A stretch of 63,468 bases of DNA, filler included, from Phoronis australis (lineage: Eukaryota > Animalia > Phoronida), in NCBI GenBank assembly GCA_002633005.1. It is 7 parts of 7 records of this genome, joined end to end, with 100 filler letters (N's around TTAATTAATTAA, not from the genome) between each part and the next. Parts side by side here need not be neighbours in the genome. Positions count along the whole stretch, not along the records: positions 59,900 to 62,187 come from NMRA01003754.1; positions 62,288 to 63,468 come from NMRA01002695.1; 5 more parts are not named here. One strand, written 5' to 3'. The translations under genes and the position numbers were made by a program. Under the pieces are notes generated by a model, which had not been told where the DNA came from, ran no database searches, and worked only from the letters and a program-made list of their open reading frames with translations. Positions 59,800-63,468 of the stretch are shown piece by piece. Numbering within the stretch: the stretch's first letter is position 1; every line of letters starts with the position of its first letter.

Positions 59800-62700
59800 N
59801 NNNNNNNNNNNNNNNNNNNNNNNNNNNNNNNNNNNNNNNNNNNTTAATTAATTAANNNNNNNNNNNNNNNNNNNNNNNNNNNNNNNNNNNNNNNNNNNNC
59901 TTTTTATTTAGTTGTGTTAGCGAAGTATCCCGGCACTGAAAACAACTTAGAAGTCATGCAGTTAATTACGAACCCATCCCTGAATTTTTCAGATTACAGC
60001 TACATTAGTAAACATGTCACAGCAAAAAACTGCACGTGTCATTAGTTCAAGTTCAATTTTTATTAGAATTCAAATCAGAATATACACAAAAATGCAAATA
60101 TGGTGGTAGCCTAACTGAAGATTTGGAACCTCTGGACAATTTTGGTTGCAGTAACTAAATAACTATTCTATCTTTTTCTGAGTCATTAAAAATGAAATCA
60201 CAGCTCTTGCCGCCACCGATCAACCTCATCCATTGCTTGCACTCCGTCTCTCGGTGACTACAAAGCTAGCCATCTTAGTTGTCTACACAGGTGTTCCATT
60301 TTGATTACAACTTCAAGCTAACTATCAAAATTGGCGCATTTCCGCTAATAGCAGTTTTCCGGTTAGTGTACTAGCTGGAGTAGTTCGGCGTACACTGAGC
60401 TATAAGCGATGTGTTAAAGTTATTGACATCTAATTTAGTCACTGTGTGTTGTTTATAGATGTTTCAATGTAGCTTAGTTGTATATTAAAAGAATAACCCA
60501 CGTGATATTGTTAACTCTGATCAGCGTTTGGAAATCACCAAGTACAGTCGTTTATCTTAAATCGTACACAATGTTTGTAGTTTTTAGCTTAATAGTTCAG
60601 TCGATTTTTAAAAATTGAAAACCAATCTTGGTTGTTTTTTCCATCTGAATACAGCTGTGGTATTTGGTTTTAACGAAAACTGTTGGTTCATGCATTTTGA
60701 AAATTCGCCAGTATGTAGAAGCAAAGATGTTTACTATAGCTTGTGGTCGGGTAATTACACTATAACTGTGTCTTGCTCGCACCGGACAATGCTGTCATCG
60801 CAACTGAGTCCGACTCTGGCGCCGCACTCTCTTTGATCCCGTAAAAGCCGCTCAGAAGGCCGGGCGAGCGGTGAAAAGTCATGCATATGGGTGAGCGCAT
60901 GTAGCATAGTCAGAAATGTTTCACAAATTCCGTTCCTGTGCTCCACACCCTTTCGTTCAGTTACACCACGTGGGTATACAGTATGTACGTTCTGCGCGTT
61001 ATGTTGATCTGCTTACTGCGTCCTTTGCATCATTCAGTATTGAAGCAGAACACACTGATGTAACAACGCGAGATACCACTCGGACAACTGACTAATTTGT
61101 TTGAGTTCAAGGTTACGTAAGGTGAGTATTCGCAAGGTAAAAAGGGAAAAGGCTGGGTCGACCCGCTGTTCCACTGTCCCTATACATGTATACCAACAGC
61201 CTACGTTCGCCCGTCTCGTGTTCCCCCGACCTACTCATTAAATTGACACGTTTGGCTGTGTATCAGGTTCATGCGCCTATCTCCGGCTATGTATTTTTCG
61301 CTATGTTATGGAAATTTTAGCATATCTTACCCTCTTTCAAGGAAAGTTCCAGAATGTTGATTATTAATCTCTCCCAGTTCACCAGACATCCCATAATCTC
61401 TCCCCGTTCACCAGACATCCCATAACCATTTTCCAAAAAGCGTATATCTGCCCTTAACCCACTTTCCAGTGTACGTTTTGCATGCTTTTGAAAATACCAT
61501 AATTATGAAAAACCCCTTTAATAAGAAAAAAAGTCATGGCAATTGGAACATCTGTATTGATAAAAAATCAATTAACACGATTCAATCATCAATGAAAAAT
61601 AATCAATACCAAAGCTTACACTATGACTAGATTTCGGTAATTTTAAGAGACGAGTTATTTTAGCTGACACCAGAAACACAAACAGAAGTGCATAACAAAT
61701 ATGTGAAGTTGATGGAGCAAATCCCACAACTATCGGTTTTACCATTGGGGATTCAATGCTTTCCAAGAAAACCAAATTCATTAATAGTTTAGGAAGTGAC
61801 TAAATTATCGAAGATAGATAGATTCCTGTCTGAGTTCTTATAAATTATAAACATATGCAGCTGAATAATGTTTGTTCAGCACAAGTGATGAAAAGGCTCC
61901 TTTTCCAAACAATGCACAGGAGGGTGCCATATCCAAAATCTATCCAATTCCATACAGTACTTCACAAACTGCCACACTGACTAAGATCACCCCACTTCCC
62001 TTCCCCAATTTTTTCATTTACAAACACTAGACAATACCAGAAAACCCAAATACCCACCAAAGGCGATGGCTGCAAGGGCTAAATACCCACCCAGTGACCT
62101 GAACCTGGAGCAAAATACCCAAATGAGAGAACACATGGGTGATCCAAATATCCAGGAATTTACCAGTGCAGCCCAGTCAAACCCTCCNNNNNNNNNNNNN
62201 NNNNNNNNNNNNNNNNNNNNNNNNNNNNNNNTTAATTAATTAANNNNNNNNNNNNNNNNNNNNNNNNNNNNNNNNNNNNNNNNNNNNCGAAGACTACACA
62301 ATAACTCCACATCACTCTGAAATGAATTCATAGTTAATTAGACATAACATCGCCTAGGTAACTGCATTGGCAAAAGACAAAACTAACACAGAATTGCCTC
62401 GCGGTGTATTCATTGTATAGTAATGTTCATGACAAATTCACAGCCACCACAAAATTGGAAAGAGGTTGCTTCTTATATTCCTAGTGTGCTAAGAAATATT
62501 CCAGAGTTAGTTCCTGTTTTGTGCACCTTTTACAATGTAGACCACTGTTTAACAGGGCGCTGAAACTTAGTTCTTGAAAACGAGATCTCATTAACCACAG
62601 AGGGATGTAGGAACTAAAGCAAGTCTTAATGAAACTGTGTCACATTACGGTACCTCAGTGAATATCCACGTTTCATCTAACAGCTTTTCAACACACAACA

Positions 62701-63044
62701 TAATAATTAACTAATTTTTTGTATCTTTGATGGTTGAAAATAATGATTCATGTCTTTAAATGTCAAACAAATGTATGTAGTCATGTGACGACCATTTTTG
62801 TGGAAAAATATAAACTGCAGGAGAATTCATATGTTAATATGTATTGCTAATGCAAATATGAAGAAAACTGTCTCAGGTTTTTTCTTGCTTTTACACAACA
62901 GACATACGAATCACCAATCCTTTTTAAAACAACAACCCGAGTAACTTTTGATGGCTGACACTTTGAATGTAAGGAAGGGAAACCAAATGAGAGATACGGT
63001 ACTCTTCGTCACAGATAAATTTTCAAGCAAATCAACTCACACAG

Positions 63045-63468
63045 TAACAAGAGCAACGCGGAGCGTTGAAATGCGCCCACAATTGCACCGCATACGGTAT
63101 CCTTCTAGGGTTGTTTATTGGTACCATAAAGTGGCCAGTAGAAGGCATACTTTGCAAAATGGAAAGGCATGGTCATTGTCTCCTCAATAGGCTAGGGGCA
63201 AAATGTGAGTAATCTTCATAATACAAGCACATCCTATACACCAGTTGCTTAAAGCACCACAGAAACATAGAATTAAAAACAAATTTACCAACATACGAGA
63301 TTAGCACAGCATTAGAATGCCAGAAACAAATTTCTACTTGGAACTTTTCCTTCACAGTCACGAAGTAACACAAAGTATACACCTGAAGACCTATGAAAAT
63401 ACAGAGGTCAATGTAAAATACTAAAATTGCCACTAGAGGCAAATACTAAAATTGCCACTAGAGGCATA
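63045..63468 (+). mobile_element. Helentron-type non-autonomous element, 5' part
   Basis: AACAAGAGCAACGCGGAGCGTTG terminus shared with 15649-15864 (inverted) and, more diverged, 11910; ends in tandem AAATACTAAAATTGCCACTAGAGGC. Confidence 0.65.

Noticed and set aside
60597-61130. Possible first exon ending at AAG|GTGAGT (61122) and nearby short ORFs
   Set aside because: A strong donor alone is not enough; no downstream exons or homology seen

Overview
Intron-rich, TE-dense metazoan genomic DNA, probably a marine invertebrate (inferred from the TE and lectin repertoire). It is built from several contigs joined by artificial 100-bp N/TTAATTAATTAA/N linkers, plus single-'n' joins. Host genes: (1) the last eight exons of SETD2 on the minus strand (3237-12238; WW and SRI domains, all splice phases consistent); (2) the first three coding exons of NDUFS7 (+, 56221-59559); (3) an F-type lectin domain (+, 37384-43651) with an atypical fucose-binding motif, probably joined to a signal-peptide/PAN exon at 30147; (4) an intact, intronless, 5'-truncated ecdysteroid-kinase-like (EcKL) ORF (-, 23299-24288); (5) exons of an unrecognised plus-strand gene (12478-15494). 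Most of the rest is nested TEs: Copia (GalEa-like), Gypsy SCAN-like gag, BEL/Pao, a solo LTR, LOA-like and CR1/L2-like LINEs, Harbinger with its own MITE, Academ, an ISL2EU-like element, hAT-, pogo- and Helentron-type non-autonomous elements, and minisatellites. Two tandem 'duplications' look like alternative haplotypes that differ by a TE insertion. The most unusual locus is 21990-24288, where the intact EcKL abuts a decayed class III viral-glycoprotein (env)-like remnant and a Gypsy gag remnant. This is a candidate kinase-carrying retroelement or retrocopy; the identifications rest on motif recognition only, not on database searches.
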